64,000 bases of DNA from a bacterium (GTDB taxonomy: Bacteria > Bacteroidota > Ignavibacteria > UBA10030): NCBI GenBank assembly GCA_043803945.1, contig JAZDJN010000065.1:32729-96728 (forward strand), read 5' to 3'. This document shows positions 1 through 9,988 of the stretch, in pieces (the stretch's first letter is position 1; each line of letters begins with the position of its first letter). The notes beneath the pieces are model-generated. The model had not been told where the DNA came from and did not search any database. It saw nothing but the letters and a program-made list of their open reading frames with translations. The position numbers were made by a program, and so were the translations under genes.

Positions 1-317
1 GGGCCGGCAGCGAGCACAATGCCCGAGACACTATACCCAAGGGCGGAGTAACTCTCCAGCTTCGACTGAACTCTTTGAACCGTTTTCAGCAATCCGTATT
101 GTTTCACCTGTTCCAGCACTTTCAAGACAAGGTCTGGATTTGCCCTCGCCTTGGACATCAATGAGGATTTTCGTTTTGTCACCGACGCCTTTTCTGTTCC
201 TGTACTGATAACGGAAAACCGGGTGCGGACGAGAACATGGCCGGATTTTAATGCCGGGATTGGAACATCAAGCAACTGTATTTCGCCTGATTTATTGTGC
301 TGCGCAACCTGTTTCAT
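1..317 (-). CDS. Bi-domain oxidoreductase (Zn-dependent dehydrogenase-like N-terminus), 5' part only; runs off the window edge
   Basis: Not in the ORF track. Manual translation from ATG at 317: MKQVAQHNKSGEIQLLDVPIPALKSGHVLVRTRFSVISTGTE...ARANPDLVLKVLEQVK...LGYSVSGIV, typical of polysaccharide-locus bi-domain oxidoreductases. Confidence 0.75.
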   Translation of the reverse strand, partial: MKQVAQHNKSGEIQLLDVPIPALKSGHVLVRTRFSVISTGTEKASVTKRKSSLMSKARANPDLVLKVLEQVKQYGLLKTVQRVQSKLESYSALGYSVSGIVLAAG

Positions 318-320
318 AGT

Positions 321-1385
321 TCAAGCTTTCTTATCGTCGTTGGATTCGAAGTTCACTTCTGAAATTTTTAAATGGTCTTTGAAGAAATAGTACAATCCGA
401 CTGCAGTGGTAACAAGAATTCCGGCTTCGTGGGTGATAATAGAATAACTGATGGCAGTCACATCATTCACCTGGTACATCTTTACTAAGGCGACCGTGAG
501 AAATGAATGATAGGTACCGAATGCCCCTGGTGAGGGTAGAACCCAGGCGATGGTGGTGATCGTGAGAAGGATCACCGATGCCCCAAAGTCTGATTGAAGC
601 CCCGTCAGGGATTCAAATGCGTAGAATGGGACGAATAAACCGAGAGCGTAGAAAATCCATATCAACAAGCTCAGGAAACTAATTGCAGCGAAATGTTTTC
701 GCAACCGTGCGACGCTGAAACCTGAAAGGAACTTCTCCACAAGTGACTGATACAGTGTTTCGTAGCGCCGGGGAACGATCATCTTCAGGTGCGTCAACAA
801 TTGAAAGAGGGATTCACTTTTGATAAACAGGATGAGAAATAATGCCAGCGCTCCAAATGCGCCGATCAGAAAGAAGGGGCGCATCGATTCGACATCGGGG
901 AACAGAGATTGGAGGGTGTCGCTGCTCTCGATGAGGAAATTGAGCGTCTGGGGATAGAGAAAAAGTACCACACAGAGGCTGAAGAAGAATGTCATCATAT
1001 CAAGGATCCGCTCGACGATGATTGTCGCGAACGCGGCACTCCTGGAAATCCCCTCCGATTTCCCGATTGCATACGCGCGCACGACCTCGCCTGCCCGGAC
1101 AAAAATATTATTGACCAGGTACCCGATCATCACCGCGGAGAAGAGGTTCCTTGTTGAAAGTTTCTCTTTCACCGGGGAGAGTAAATAGGCCCATCGTACA
1201 GCACGCAGCCAGTGACTAATCAGGGTGATCGGCATGAGGAGAATTACCCAGAAATAATTCACCTCAAGCAGCGATTTTAGCAGATCATCAAATTTCACTC
1301 CCCGGAATGCCAGATAGAGGAAGGTGCCTGCGAATGCAAAGCTCAGCGTGGTCTGAAGGATTTTCTTATGTTGGCTCTTCATCAA
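321..1385 (-). CDS. Lysylphosphatidylglycerol synthase TM / flippase-like membrane protein (UPF0104)
   Basis: Multi-TM protein with RAVRW, GYLVNN..RAGEVVRA, IIVERILD and LPSPGAFGTYH motifs. Confidence 0.85.
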   Translation of the reverse strand: MMKSQHKKILQTTLSFAFAGTFLYLAFRGVKFDDLLKSLLEVNYFWVILLMPITLISHWLRAVRWAYLLSPVKEKLSTRNLFSAVMIGYLVNNIFVRAGEVVRAYAIGKSEGISRSAAFATIIVERILDMMTFFFSLCVVLFLYPQTLNFLIESSDTLQSLFPDVESMRPFFLIGAFGALALFLILFIKSESLFQLLTHLKMIVPRRYETLYQSLVEKFLSGFSVARLRKHFAAISFLSLLIWIFYALGLFVPFYAFESLTGLQSDFGASVILLTITTIAWVLPSPGAFGTYHSFLTVALVKMYQVNDVTAISYSIITHEAGILVTTAVGLYYFFKDHLKISEVNFESNDDKKA

Positions 1386-1398
1386 TAAGATCTGTCTG

Positions 1399-2040
1399 CT
1401 ATCGTAAATCCACCACTTCGGTACCTTGAGGGGGTTTGAAAGAAAATGTACTGGCGCTCAAACCGATGTTTTGTTTAAGGTCAGCGACCGTGTATGTGGT
1501 CTCTGTATCATTTACATCGAGGACAATCACCTTCCGCACCGTCCAGACACCATCCTCCACCCATACCTTCAGCGATTTGATGAAGGACCGATCGTCCTTG
1601 GGGACGAGTTTCAGGGTATACACTTTCTCACGGTTGATCGCCTCAGCACCAAGTAACGTTGCATAAAAATTAGAGGGAAGATTGAGAAGAAAATTTTCAG
1701 GAGAGAGGGAATTCTGATTCTCTTTGTACGTGTCAATCAGCACCTGTTTATTCACCGGGGAATACGACCAGACCGTTTTGCCGTCTGTCACGATGGTTTG
1801 ATGCTCGGACTCGACACGATAGTTATTCGGACGCTTCATCATAAGGACGCCCGAGAAATCCTGTTCAATGTTCGAGAATCCGAATTTGACATGTTGCTGG
1901 AACTTTGCCGTAGCATCCTGCAGAGCATCGTATCGTTTCTGCATACGCTCTGTAATCTGTTTCACTGTTAAATCCTTTTCCTGTGCCACGGCCAGAGAAA
2001 AGAACAACCATATAAAAAGGAGTCGTTGCATGTTCATCAT
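1399..2040 (-). CDS. lolA: Outer-membrane lipoprotein carrier protein LolA
   Basis: Signal peptide, A.F.Q, KRPNNYR, IVTDGKTVWSY, F.FKPPQGTEVVD; directly downstream of ftsK as in the conserved ftsK-lolA pair. Confidence 0.9.
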   Translation of the reverse strand: MMNMQRLLFIWLFFSLAVAQEKDLTVKQITERMQKRYDALQDATAKFQQHVKFGFSNIEQDFSGVLMMKRPNNYRVESEHQTIVTDGKTVWSYSPVNKQVLIDTYKENQNSLSPENFLLNLPSNFYATLLGAEAINREKVYTLKLVPKDDRSFIKSLKVWVEDGVWTVRKVIVLDVNDTETTYTVADLKQNIGLSASTFSFKPPQGTEVVDLR

Positions 2041-4481
2041 TCGAGACTAGTCAAGATATCATCCAATTCTGCTTCCGTTTCAACAAGCACTTCCCTCGCC
2101 CTGCTTCCGTCGAAGGGGCCGACGATTCCAACCGCTTCCAATTCATCGACCAGCCGAGCTGCACGGGAGTAACCAACCTTCAATCTCCGCTGCAAGAGTG
2201 AGACCGATCCTTGTTGATGCCGTACGATAATTTTGGCAGCCTCTGCAAACAGATCATCACGCGACCCTCCAGAGGCGGCCCCAGCAGCTTTCTTCTTTTC
2301 AAAAGCGGAAGGAAGCGTGAAAGGATTTGAATATCCCTGTTGCTTGGCAATATGGTTTGTGATGCGTTCAACTTCATCAGAAGAGATGAAGGCATTCTGC
2401 ATGCGGATCGGTTTGGGCGTACCCGATGGCAGGTAAAGCAGATCGCCGTTGCCAAGAAGTTGATCCGCGCCATTCATATCGAGGATTGTGCGTGAGTCAA
2501 TTTTCGATGAGACCTGATAGGCGATCCGTGCAGAGAAATTCGCTTTAATCAGGCCGGTAATAACATCGACCGATGGTCGCTGTGTTGCGAGAACCAGATG
2601 GATGCCGACCGCGCGTGCCAATTGGGCCAGGCGTGCAATCGGTTCCTCGACTTCGCGTGCAGCGGTAATCATTAAGTCGGCAAGCTCATCGATCACGACA
2701 ACCAGATAGGGAAGTTTTCTATGCTTGATAGTCTCGGTATCGTGCAGGCGTCCGCTTTTCACGCGCTCATTGTAGTCGGCAATATTGCGTACACCAGCCG
2801 CTGCCAGACGATCATAGCGCTTCTCCATCTCAATCTCGACACTCTTAAGAACAAGAACAGCATTATTCGGTGTCGTGATAATCTCTTCATCGATATCCGG
2901 TGAAACGGCGAGGTAATGTTTACGCAGTTTCCCATAGAGCGAGAGTTCAATCTTTTTCGGATCGATGATTATAAATTTTACTTCACTGGGATGAAGACGA
3001 TAGATCAGGCTTGTAATAATTGTATTGATGCCGACACTCTTTCCCGATCCTGTTGCACCGGCAATCAGGAGATGCGGCATTTTCGCGAGATCGTCGATGT
3101 ACACTTCGCCGGAGATGGTTTTCCCAAGTGCCAGCGGAAGGGTACCCTTGAAGTCCCGGTACTTCGATGAATTAATCACACTCCGAAACGTCACGATGGC
3201 AGGATTATGATTGGGAATTTCGACACCCACCGTGCCTTTTCCCGGTATCGGCGCGATGATCCGTATCCCTTTCGCTTTTAAAGCGAGAGCGATATCATCC
3301 TGAAGACTTTCAATCCGGCTGATTTTAACCCCCGTTGCCGGTACAATTTCATAGAGAGTCACAACGGGACCCGGTGTCACCGAAACGCTTTCGATGTCAA
3401 CACCGAAATCGGCAAGCTTTGAACGGAGCAGCTCGGCGTTCGATTTCAATTCCTCCTCATCCACCTCTTCACTGGCGCGGGCAGGATCGAGAAGTTCGAC
3501 TGAGGGAAACACATAATCGATCTCCTCCTCAACATCAGCAGAAACCTGTTTCTTGGTTAGCCGATCTGATTCATCAAAATCCACTTCCTCTTCAACGACA
3601 GGTGCATTGATATCGAGTGGAATTTCGCCTGTAAAATCCTTCTTTGCCTGTCCGGATAGCATCTCGCTGGGGGGAGAAATTTTTTCTTCTTCCACGGCTG
3701 GTACGGTGCGCTGGATCGGTTTCCGGGCTGTCATGGTGGGTGGCGGCATATCTGTATCCGGATTTTTTATCTCAACAGGCCGGGGTGATTTCGCTCGTTG
3801 AGCAACGGGTTTCTCCTCTTCCGAACGCTGGCTCTTTATCCACTCGATCAGTGCTTTAAACCAGTCTTGCAGCCGATCTGCTGTTTGCTGAATATCGAGA
3901 TCCACGAGTAAGGTGAGTATCGCTCCGAGAAATCCAAAGACAAGAAGAAAACTTCCGGTGAGGCCGATCAATTTGGTCAGAGATTGCGCCGCAAATTCAC
4001 CGACAACTCCACTCCACTCATCCGAGAGAACCGGTGTATCACCAAGCCGCATGATACATCCCATCAGTGCTGAAAACAGGAGAGCCAGAGCGACGATGTA
4101 GTTTGTCGCCAGGATAAGTTTATGGAGTTCTTTCTTCCGCAAAATATACCAACACCAGGCACCGATCAGGAACGGAAGAATGATCACCGAATAACCGATC
4201 GTGGAATTAATAAACCAGTTGGAGAGTACTGCACCAAGGAGGCCGAGGAGATTTTCTGTTCGATCCGCTTTCGCTTGAATGGCATCATCGGCGGTAAAGA
4301 CCTTCCACAGATCAGAAAATCGCACCTGTCCGTTTTCCTGATCTGCGGGAGTATAGGACACAAGGCTCAGGAACAACATTAAGGAGAAAAGAATCCCCAG
4401 GAAGCAAGCAATCTGCCGATTCCGATCCGGATTCGTCTTCGATTTCTCTTTTTGCTTTTGTTCTTTTTTTACTTCAGCCAT
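2037..4481 (-). CDS. ftsK: DNA translocase FtsK
   Basis: N-terminal TM segments, PHLLIAGATGSGKS Walker A, VVIDELADLM, ATQRPSVDVITG, C-terminal gamma domain SLLQRRLKVGYSRAARL. Start moved to MAEVKK (4481) to avoid overlap with comB. Confidence 0.97.
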   Translation of the reverse strand: MAEVKKEQKQKEKSKTNPDRNRQIACFLGILFSLMLFLSLVSYTPADQENGQVRFSDLWKVFTADDAIQAKADRTENLLGLLGAVLSNWFINSTIGYSVIILPFLIGAWCWYILRKKELHKLILATNYIVALALLFSALMGCIMRLGDTPVLSDEWSGVVGEFAAQSLTKLIGLTGSFLLVFGFLGAILTLLVDLDIQQTADRLQDWFKALIEWIKSQRSEEEKPVAQRAKSPRPVEIKNPDTDMPPPTMTARKPIQRTVPAVEEEKISPPSEMLSGQAKKDFTGEIPLDINAPVVEEEVDFDESDRLTKKQVSADVEEEIDYVFPSVELLDPARASEEVDEEELKSNAELLRSKLADFGVDIESVSVTPGPVVTLYEIVPATGVKISRIESLQDDIALALKAKGIRIIAPIPGKGTVGVEIPNHNPAIVTFRSVINSSKYRDFKGTLPLALGKTISGEVYIDDLAKMPHLLIAGATGSGKSVGINTIITSLIYRLHPSEVKFIIIDPKKIELSLYGKLRKHYLAVSPDIDEEIITTPNNAVLVLKSVEIEMEKRYDRLAAAGVRNIADYNERVKSGRLHDTETIKHRKLPYLVVVIDELADLMITAAREVEEPIARLAQLARAVGIHLVLATQRPSVDVITGLIKANFSARIAYQVSSKIDSRTILDMNGADQLLGNGDLLYLPSGTPKPIRMQNAFISSDEVERITNHIAKQQGYSNPFTLPSAFEKKKAAGAASGGSRDDLFAEAAKIIVRHQQGSVSLLQRRLKVGYSRAARLVDELEAVGIVGPFDGSRAREVLVETEAELDDILTSLE

Positions 4482-4482
4482 A

Positions 4483-5247
4483 TCATTGATTGTCTTTGAC
4501 TGTCTCTTTTGAATCCGGACGCAACTTGATAACATTGCCGACCTGCATGGGGACAACTGGAACGCTATCCACTGTCCCACACACCTTTATGTCGTCGGCA
4601 AAACCAATTTCTGCCAGATAGTGTCCATGTTCCGTGTTCCTCATCATCTTCAATATTGACCGTTTATAGGTCTTAAATAAGGCATGGGCTGCAAGCGCAG
4701 CATCTGACAGCTCGAGTTCGAGCGAGACGTCATCGAGCAGCGAGTGAATCAACATTCCTGCACATACTGCATCTTCGAGACTGAAATTACTAAACGTATT
4801 CGCCCGGCCCGCAGCAACAATTATAAAATCGGAACGAACTTCCTTCATATACTCAATCACTTTCGTTGCATTGACGAACGAGGCGATCACAAGGCCCCGC
4901 GCGAACCGGCCGCGATACATTGCTACGGAACCGTTCGTGGTGCAGAAGATGATCGACTTTCCCTTGACCATCGTCTCAGAATACTCTTGCGGCGAGTTGC
5001 CGAGATTAAATCCCTGAATTATCTTGCCGTTCCGTTCGCCGCCGCGCAGTGTCACATCGCCGAAAAGACTTCCCGATATCTTCACGGCATTCTCAATGCT
5101 TTCTACCGGAATAATCTCCCGTGCACCATTCTGCAGGGCTACAGCGATTGTAGTACTCGACCTTAGAACATCGATGACGATGACATTCTTGTCACGGAGC
5201 TGCAGCTCGTCCAGCCCAGCCGTAGAAAAGCATAAATCAATTTTCAT
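4483..5247 (-). CDS. comB: 2-phosphosulfolactate phosphatase family protein
   Basis: VIDVLRSSTTI, GGERNG..I.GF.LGNSP.E, TTNGS and SLEDAVCAG motifs. Confidence 0.9.
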   Translation of the reverse strand: MKIDLCFSTAGLDELQLRDKNVIVIDVLRSSTTIAVALQNGAREIIPVESIENAVKISGSLFGDVTLRGGERNGKIIQGFNLGNSPQEYSETMVKGKSIIFCTTNGSVAMYRGRFARGLVIASFVNATKVIEYMKEVRSDFIIVAAGRANTFSNFSLEDAVCAGMLIHSLLDDVSLELELSDAALAAHALFKTYKRSILKMMRNTEHGHYLAEIGFADDIKVCGTVDSVPVVPMQVGNVIKLRPDSKETVKDNQ

Positions 5248-5313
5248 GATCCCCCCGAATTGCCTGTTATCCTTTATATAACTCCTACTCAGTTAAAAAA
5301 AACTAAATCAACA

Positions 5314-5449
5314 TTCACCACTGATGGCACACTGATAATCACTGAAAAAAGGAAGTAGTATGAAAGCTTGTATTAAGAAATTACAAATATAATTATCCTC
5401 CATGTTCACCCCGTTGCACGGGGTAAATCGGTGTGTCATCCGTGGAGAA
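5314..5449. repeat. Solo long imperfect palindrome related to the GxxExxY-flanking repeats, with a nested 17-bp hairpin
   Basis: Arms CCACTGATGGCACACTGAT ... ATCGGTGTGTCATCCGTGG; ACCCCGTTGCACGGGGT (5408-5424) sits next to the right arm. Confidence 0.65.
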
Positions 5450-5461
5450 CATTCTGAGCAA

Positions 5462-6547
5462 CTACCCCTTTTTTAGGAATGGCAATTTGATAATAGTTGC
5501 CGGAATTTCTTTTCCCCTTACGGCCACGTTGATGATCGATCCCTCCGCGGCACAGTCAATGCGTACGTATCCCATCCCGATTCCTTTTTCAAGCGATGGA
5601 GAGAATGTACCGCTGGTCACCACGCCAATCTCCTGGCCTTGTAGTGTAATTGGATAACCATGACGAGCAATTACTTTGTCCGGCAGTGTGAATCCCACAA
5701 GCTTCCGCTTGATCCCTTCGGATTTTACTCGTTGCAGCACGTCGCTGCCAAAAAATGTTCCTTTGTTCAATTTTGTTATCCAACCCAATCCTGCTTCGAG
5801 AGGATGTGTTGTCTTATCGATATCATTTCCATAGAGGCACATCCCCATCTCGAGGCGAAGCGTATCGCGGGCTCCAAGCCCGATAGGTGCAATACCAAAT
5901 TCCTTACCGGCAGCAAAAACTGCATCCCACACTTTTTTCCCGTTAGCCAGATCAGCATCGAAATACAGCTCAAAGCCGAGCTCACCGGTATAACCCGTAC
6001 GGGAAATGATCATTTCGATTCCTTCTATGACTCCATGTGTGAAATGGTAATATTTGATCTTCGAGAGATCGACGTTGGTCAACTTTTGAAGAGTTGCCAA
6101 AGATTTTGGCCCTTGAATCGCGAGCAAAGCGATCGTGTCGCTGATGTTCCGCAACTCCACATCGCCTTCAATGTGGGATTGGAGCCAGTCAAAATCCTTC
6201 TGGCAATTCGAAGCGTTGACCACCATCATATACTGATCGCCGCGATGGTAGACGAGCAGATCGTCAACGATACCTGCGTCAGCGTAGCAGAGAGCAGAAT
6301 ACTGCACCCGTCCTTCTGTGAGTTTGGAAGCATCGTTGATCGTCATCTTCTGGATAAAAGCAAGAGCATCCTTACCCCGAATTTCGAATTCACCCATGTG
6401 GGTCACATCAAAAACACCAACGCTCGTTCGGACTTTTAAATGCTCAGCAATAATTCCGGAGTACTGAACCGGCATCTCAAATCCGGCAAACTCCACAATC
6501 TTTGCGCCAAGTGATCGATGAATCTCAGTAAAAGGTGTTTGTTTCAT
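5462..6547 (-). CDS. gcvT: Glycine cleavage system aminomethyltransferase T
   Basis: FAGFEMPVQY, FDVTHMGE, SRTGYTGELGFE, GLGARDTLRLE. Confidence 0.97.
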   Translation of the reverse strand: MKQTPFTEIHRSLGAKIVEFAGFEMPVQYSGIIAEHLKVRTSVGVFDVTHMGEFEIRGKDALAFIQKMTINDASKLTEGRVQYSALCYADAGIVDDLLVYHRGDQYMMVVNASNCQKDFDWLQSHIEGDVELRNISDTIALLAIQGPKSLATLQKLTNVDLSKIKYYHFTHGVIEGIEMIISRTGYTGELGFELYFDADLANGKKVWDAVFAAGKEFGIAPIGLGARDTLRLEMGMCLYGNDIDKTTHPLEAGLGWITKLNKGTFFGSDVLQRVKSEGIKRKLVGFTLPDKVIARHGYPITLQGQEIGVVTSGTFSPSLEKGIGMGYVRIDCAAEGSIINVAVRGKEIPATIIKLPFLKKG

Positions 6548-6597
6548 AGTAGGTTCCGCAGTTTTAAGTTCACATCAATGCCGGCATCGAGCGTCTC

Positions 6598-7245
6598 TTA
6601 ATTCCCCTGCATCTTCTTCCAATCCGCCAGAAACCGCTCCAGGCCGGCGTCCGTTAATGGATGTTTACTCAATTGTTCTATGACCTTGAAAGGAATTGTA
6701 CAGACATCCGCACCGATCATCGCCGCTTCCACCACATGCATTGGGTGGCGAATGCTGGCTACCAACACCTCGGTCTTGAATTGATAATTCCGATAGATGG
6801 TGACAATTTGCCGGATCAGATCCATTCCATTCTGACCGATATCATCCAACCGGCCGATGAAGGGGCTAATGAACGTCGCTCCCGCTTTTGCAGCGAGGAG
6901 AGCCTGCGCTGGTGAGAAGCAGAGCGTGACATTCGTATGGATTCCTTCCTGAGTCAATGCCTTCACCGCTTTTAATCCCTCTTTGATCAACGGTACTTTG
7001 ATCACAATATTTTTATGGATTGCTGTCAGGTCATGGGCTTCGTTCATGATACCGGCGAACTCCATTGAAATCACTTCGGCGCTGATCGGCCCATCGACAA
7101 TCGAACAAATCTCTTCCAGCAATGCCCGGAACTCTTTTCCCTCTTTAGCAACGAGGCTCGGATTTGTGGTAACGCCATCGAGTATTCCCATGCTCGCCGC
7201 CTCGCGAATTTCACTGATGTTAGCACTGTCGATGAAGAATTTCAT
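6598..7245 (-). CDS. fsa: Transaldolase / fructose-6-phosphate aldolase family (short form)
   Basis: [44 protein letters not shown]. Confidence 0.93.
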   Translation of the reverse strand: MKFFIDSANISEIREAASMGILDGVTTNPSLVAKEGKEFRALLEEICSIVDGPISAEVISMEFAGIMNEAHDLTAIHKNIVIKVPLIKEGLKAVKALTQEGIHTNVTLCFSPAQALLAAKAGATFISPFIGRLDDIGQNGMDLIRQIVTIYRNYQFKTEVLVASIRHPMHVVEAAMIGADVCTIPFKVIEQLSKHPLTDAGLERFLADWKKMQGN

Positions 7246-7292
7246 GCTTCACTTCCTTTTGAAAAAGATTGGATGCCATTGCTCAAAAAACT

Positions 7293-7401
7293 CCACGGAT
7301 GGTACACCGAGGGACACTGAAAAATATTTTCTCTATTATTTTTCCAAGTAAACATACACACGATTTACTTTTATCAGTGAATATCTGTATGCCATCAGTG
7401 G
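7293..7401. repeat. Solo long imperfect palindrome, same family as 5314-5449
   Basis: CCACGGATGGTACACCGA..CACTGA ... TCAGTGAATATCTGTATGCCATCAGTGG with an AT-rich centre. Confidence 0.65.
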
Positions 7402-7422
7402 TTAAAGAATAACGAGTCGATA

Positions 7423-9060
7423 TTAAATATTGTATTGATCAGTAACATCCTTGTTTTGCTTGACCGAGAAGACCTTGAATTCATCCATTGGCATTGCAGG
7501 ATCAGAGATGAGTTTAATATCAATCAAGAAAAATGTCATCATCTTAATTCGCCGGCTGAAGAACCCTTGCGTAAGATAGGCAGCCGTCGCCGGGTTAACT
7601 TGGAGATGGATTCTCCCCTCCTTTGTTTCAGTCTTGAACCGTCGGATCCAGCGCTCGATCTGGTTCAGCGTGGTCGTGCGAGACTGAACCATACCCGTGC
7701 CTGCGCAATTCGGACACGCATCGCTGAAGCTCATTTGTATATTCTGGCGGATACGTTGACGGGTGATTTGCATCAGGCCAAATTCCGTCATAGGAAGCAC
7801 TGTCGCTTTGGCCCTATCCTTCTTCAGCTCCTTCTTCATTTCGTCGTAGACCTTTTTCCTATTTTTCTCGTCTTCAAGATCGATAAAGTCTATGACGATA
7901 ATGCCGCCGATATCCCGGAGACGCAACTGTCGGGAAATCTCACGGGCTGCCTCAAGATCCGTTTTGAGTGAGTTTTGCTCCTGTTCTTTCTTTGCAGCGT
8001 ACCGTCCGGAGTTCACATCGATGACTGTCATTGCTTCAGTCTTCTCGATGAAGATATATCCGCCGCTCTTGAGCCACACCTTACGGCTCATCAGATTCTG
8101 AATGTCTCTTTCAACGCCGTACTTATCGAAAACCGGTTCTTTTCCCTTGTAAAATTCTACACGATCCAGCATATCCGGCGACATCCACTGCACATAGGCT
8201 TTAATCTCGCGGAAGAGCTTTTTTTCGTCGACGACGACATGTTCAACCTTATCGCCAAATAAATCACGGATGACACTGGATGTCGTTGTCATATCTTTGT
8301 AAACGAGTGCAGGCGGTTTTTCATTTTTAACTGCTTTTTCAATATTCCGCCAAACCTTAACCAGTTCCTCCAAATCCTGCTTGATCAAGGCTTCATCCTT
8401 GCCATCGGCAACGGTGCGAATGATAGCACCAAAGCCCTCTGGAATCATTGACCGAACAATCCGGCGCAAGCGTCGTTTTTCCTTGAAATCACTCATCTTC
8501 TTCGAAACACCGATCTTGCCATCAAATGGAAGCAAGACAAGAAAGCGACCCGGCAGAGAGATTTCTGAAGTGACCCTAACTCCTTTTTTACCCACCGGCT
8601 CTTTTGTGATTTGGACCAGGATTTCATTACCCTTTTGCAGATTGATTTCGGGCCTGTACTGTTCCTCCCTCATGGAATCGCGTCTGGCGGATCGTTGAGA
8701 AGTGTCTGTCTCATTATTGGAGGAATGGGCCCCTCTGCGGCCGGTTTCTTCGCGAAGTGCCGGTGTGCGAGGTGTTTCCTCACTCTCCTCATCATCATCC
8801 TCGTCATCGAACATTGCATTGTATTCAGAGAGAGAGGAACCGATATCTGAAAAATGGAGAAAGGCGTCTTGTTGAAGGCCTACATCGATAAATGCCGCGC
8901 GAATACCGGGCATGACCTTGGCTACTCTGCCAAGATAAATGTCACCAACCATCCGCTCCTTGCCTGGTGTTTCGACGAATAACTCCGCGAGTTTATCGTC
9001 CTCGAGAATGGCGATCCGGTGCTCGTTCGCCGTCGAATTGATAATGATATCTTTTTTCAT
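7423..9060 (-). CDS. rng: Ribonuclease E/G family
   Basis: S1 domain GDIYLGRV..AAFIDVG, VIDVNSG, RLRDIGGIIVIDFID, CPNCAGTG Zn-link. Confidence 0.93.
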   Translation of the reverse strand: MKKDIIINSTANEHRIAILEDDKLAELFVETPGKERMVGDIYLGRVAKVMPGIRAAFIDVGLQQDAFLHFSDIGSSLSEYNAMFDDEDDDEESEETPRTPALREETGRRGAHSSNNETDTSQRSARRDSMREEQYRPEINLQKGNEILVQITKEPVGKKGVRVTSEISLPGRFLVLLPFDGKIGVSKKMSDFKEKRRLRRIVRSMIPEGFGAIIRTVADGKDEALIKQDLEELVKVWRNIEKAVKNEKPPALVYKDMTTTSSVIRDLFGDKVEHVVVDEKKLFREIKAYVQWMSPDMLDRVEFYKGKEPVFDKYGVERDIQNLMSRKVWLKSGGYIFIEKTEAMTVIDVNSGRYAAKKEQEQNSLKTDLEAAREISRQLRLRDIGGIIVIDFIDLEDEKNRKKVYDEMKKELKKDRAKATVLPMTEFGLMQITRQRIRQNIQMSFSDACPNCAGTGMVQSRTTTLNQIERWIRRFKTETKEGRIHLQVNPATAAYLTQGFFSRRIKMMTFFLIDIKLISDPAMPMDEFKVFSVKQNKDVTDQYNI

Positions 9061-9411
9061 AGGGTAATTTCATCCACCTCACCCACTGCTTTGCATCGAA
9101 GATGTCGTTTGCATCGGACGGAAGTGGACAGTTCCCAGATATGAACGGCAACACGCCGGAGGGAGACACTCGTGTGAAGAGATATCCAGATCGACCAATG
9201 CTTTGTGCAGCAAGAGCGCTATGATTATCATGGGGAACGGAGCGCAACTGCACCAAACCAGTGGAAAAGAAGAATCTAATAAGTTGGAAAATGGAGAACA
9301 TTTATTATGGTGTGCGTTTATCCTCTCGATTCATCGAGATGGAAAGCCAGCACGCTGGGCTAAGAGTGAGATTCCGAGGTCAGCCTTTTATTGGCTGACT
9401 AAAAAAAAATA

Positions 9412-9513
9412 GAGGTCAAGCGACCCTGTGTCACACAAAACTCTTTGCCGACCGTTGCTTCCTTCCGGACCTGGCGGGGTTGAGCAACGCCTTGTTGCAC
9501 AGGACTTGACCTC
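9412..9513 (-). ncRNA. ffs: Signal recognition particle RNA (4.5S)
   Basis: Minus strand has the domain-IV signature CCAGGTCCGGAAGGAAGCAACGG inside a long hairpin closed by GAGGTCAAG/CTTGACCTC, followed by a T-run. Confidence 0.93.
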
Positions 9514-9687
9514 ATTGAAAAAAGGAAACCAATTGAAAAATTTGATAGATGTAAACAAAATTCTAGTGTTTCTCTCTTAATTTATTACAATTTCTCCAAG
9601 AGATTCGAGTTTTTTTACTCAAAACTCTGAATTATTCACTGTGCGATATTGATGAATACTTGCCGCACATGGATAAACCAACTTTTG

Positions 9688-9806
9688 TGGAGCTGATCGG
9701 GATCCCCGCCTGCCTGACTGCGTCAGCAGTCGGGCAGGTCCGCCAGAGGCGAATGCGCCTTCCGCCAAAAAGACGGTGGACAAGTCGGCGCAGAACCGAT
9801 GACATC
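9688..9806 (-). pseudogene. 3' fragment of a second tRNA-Ala (variable loop, T-arm, acceptor strand) interrupted in the T-loop by an 88-bp composite palindrome
   Basis: Removing 9705-9792 restores GTC-ATCGG-TTCGATC-CCGAT-CAGCTCCA, a perfect T-arm plus the same acceptor 3' strand as the adjacent tRNA-Ala. Confidence 0.75.
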
Positions 9807-9813
9807 CTTCAAG

Positions 9814-9886
9814 TGGAGCTGAGGAGGCTCGAACTCCCGACCTCTTCGTTGCGAACGAAGCGCTCTCCCAACTGAGCTACAGCCCC
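9814..9886 (-). tRNA. tRNA-Ala (anticodon CGC)
   Basis: GGGGCTG TAGCTCAGTTGGGAGAGC G CTTCG-TTCGCAA-CGAAG AGGTC GGGAG-TTCGAGC-CTCCT CAGCTCC A; G3:U70 alanine identity pair; CCA not encoded. Confidence 0.96.
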
Positions 9887-9906
9887 TAAAAGAACCGTAC
9901 ATCATC

Positions 9907-9988
9907 AACCACAACGACACAAAGAGAAATGGTAAGGGTTTTTAAAATCAATCCCTTACATATTTGTAATTTTTGTGTCTTCGTGGTG
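9907..9988. repeat. Solo imperfect palindrome (ACCAC..GACACAAA / TTTGTGTC..GTGGT type)
   Basis: AACCACAACGACACAAAG ... TTTTGTGTCTTCGTGGTG; same length and layout as the GxxExxY-flanking units but a different arm sequence. Confidence 0.55.

Noticed and set aside
4483-5247. comB as evidence for coenzyme M biosynthesis
   Set aside because: Stand-alone ComB homologues are widespread in bacteria; no other com genes are present here.
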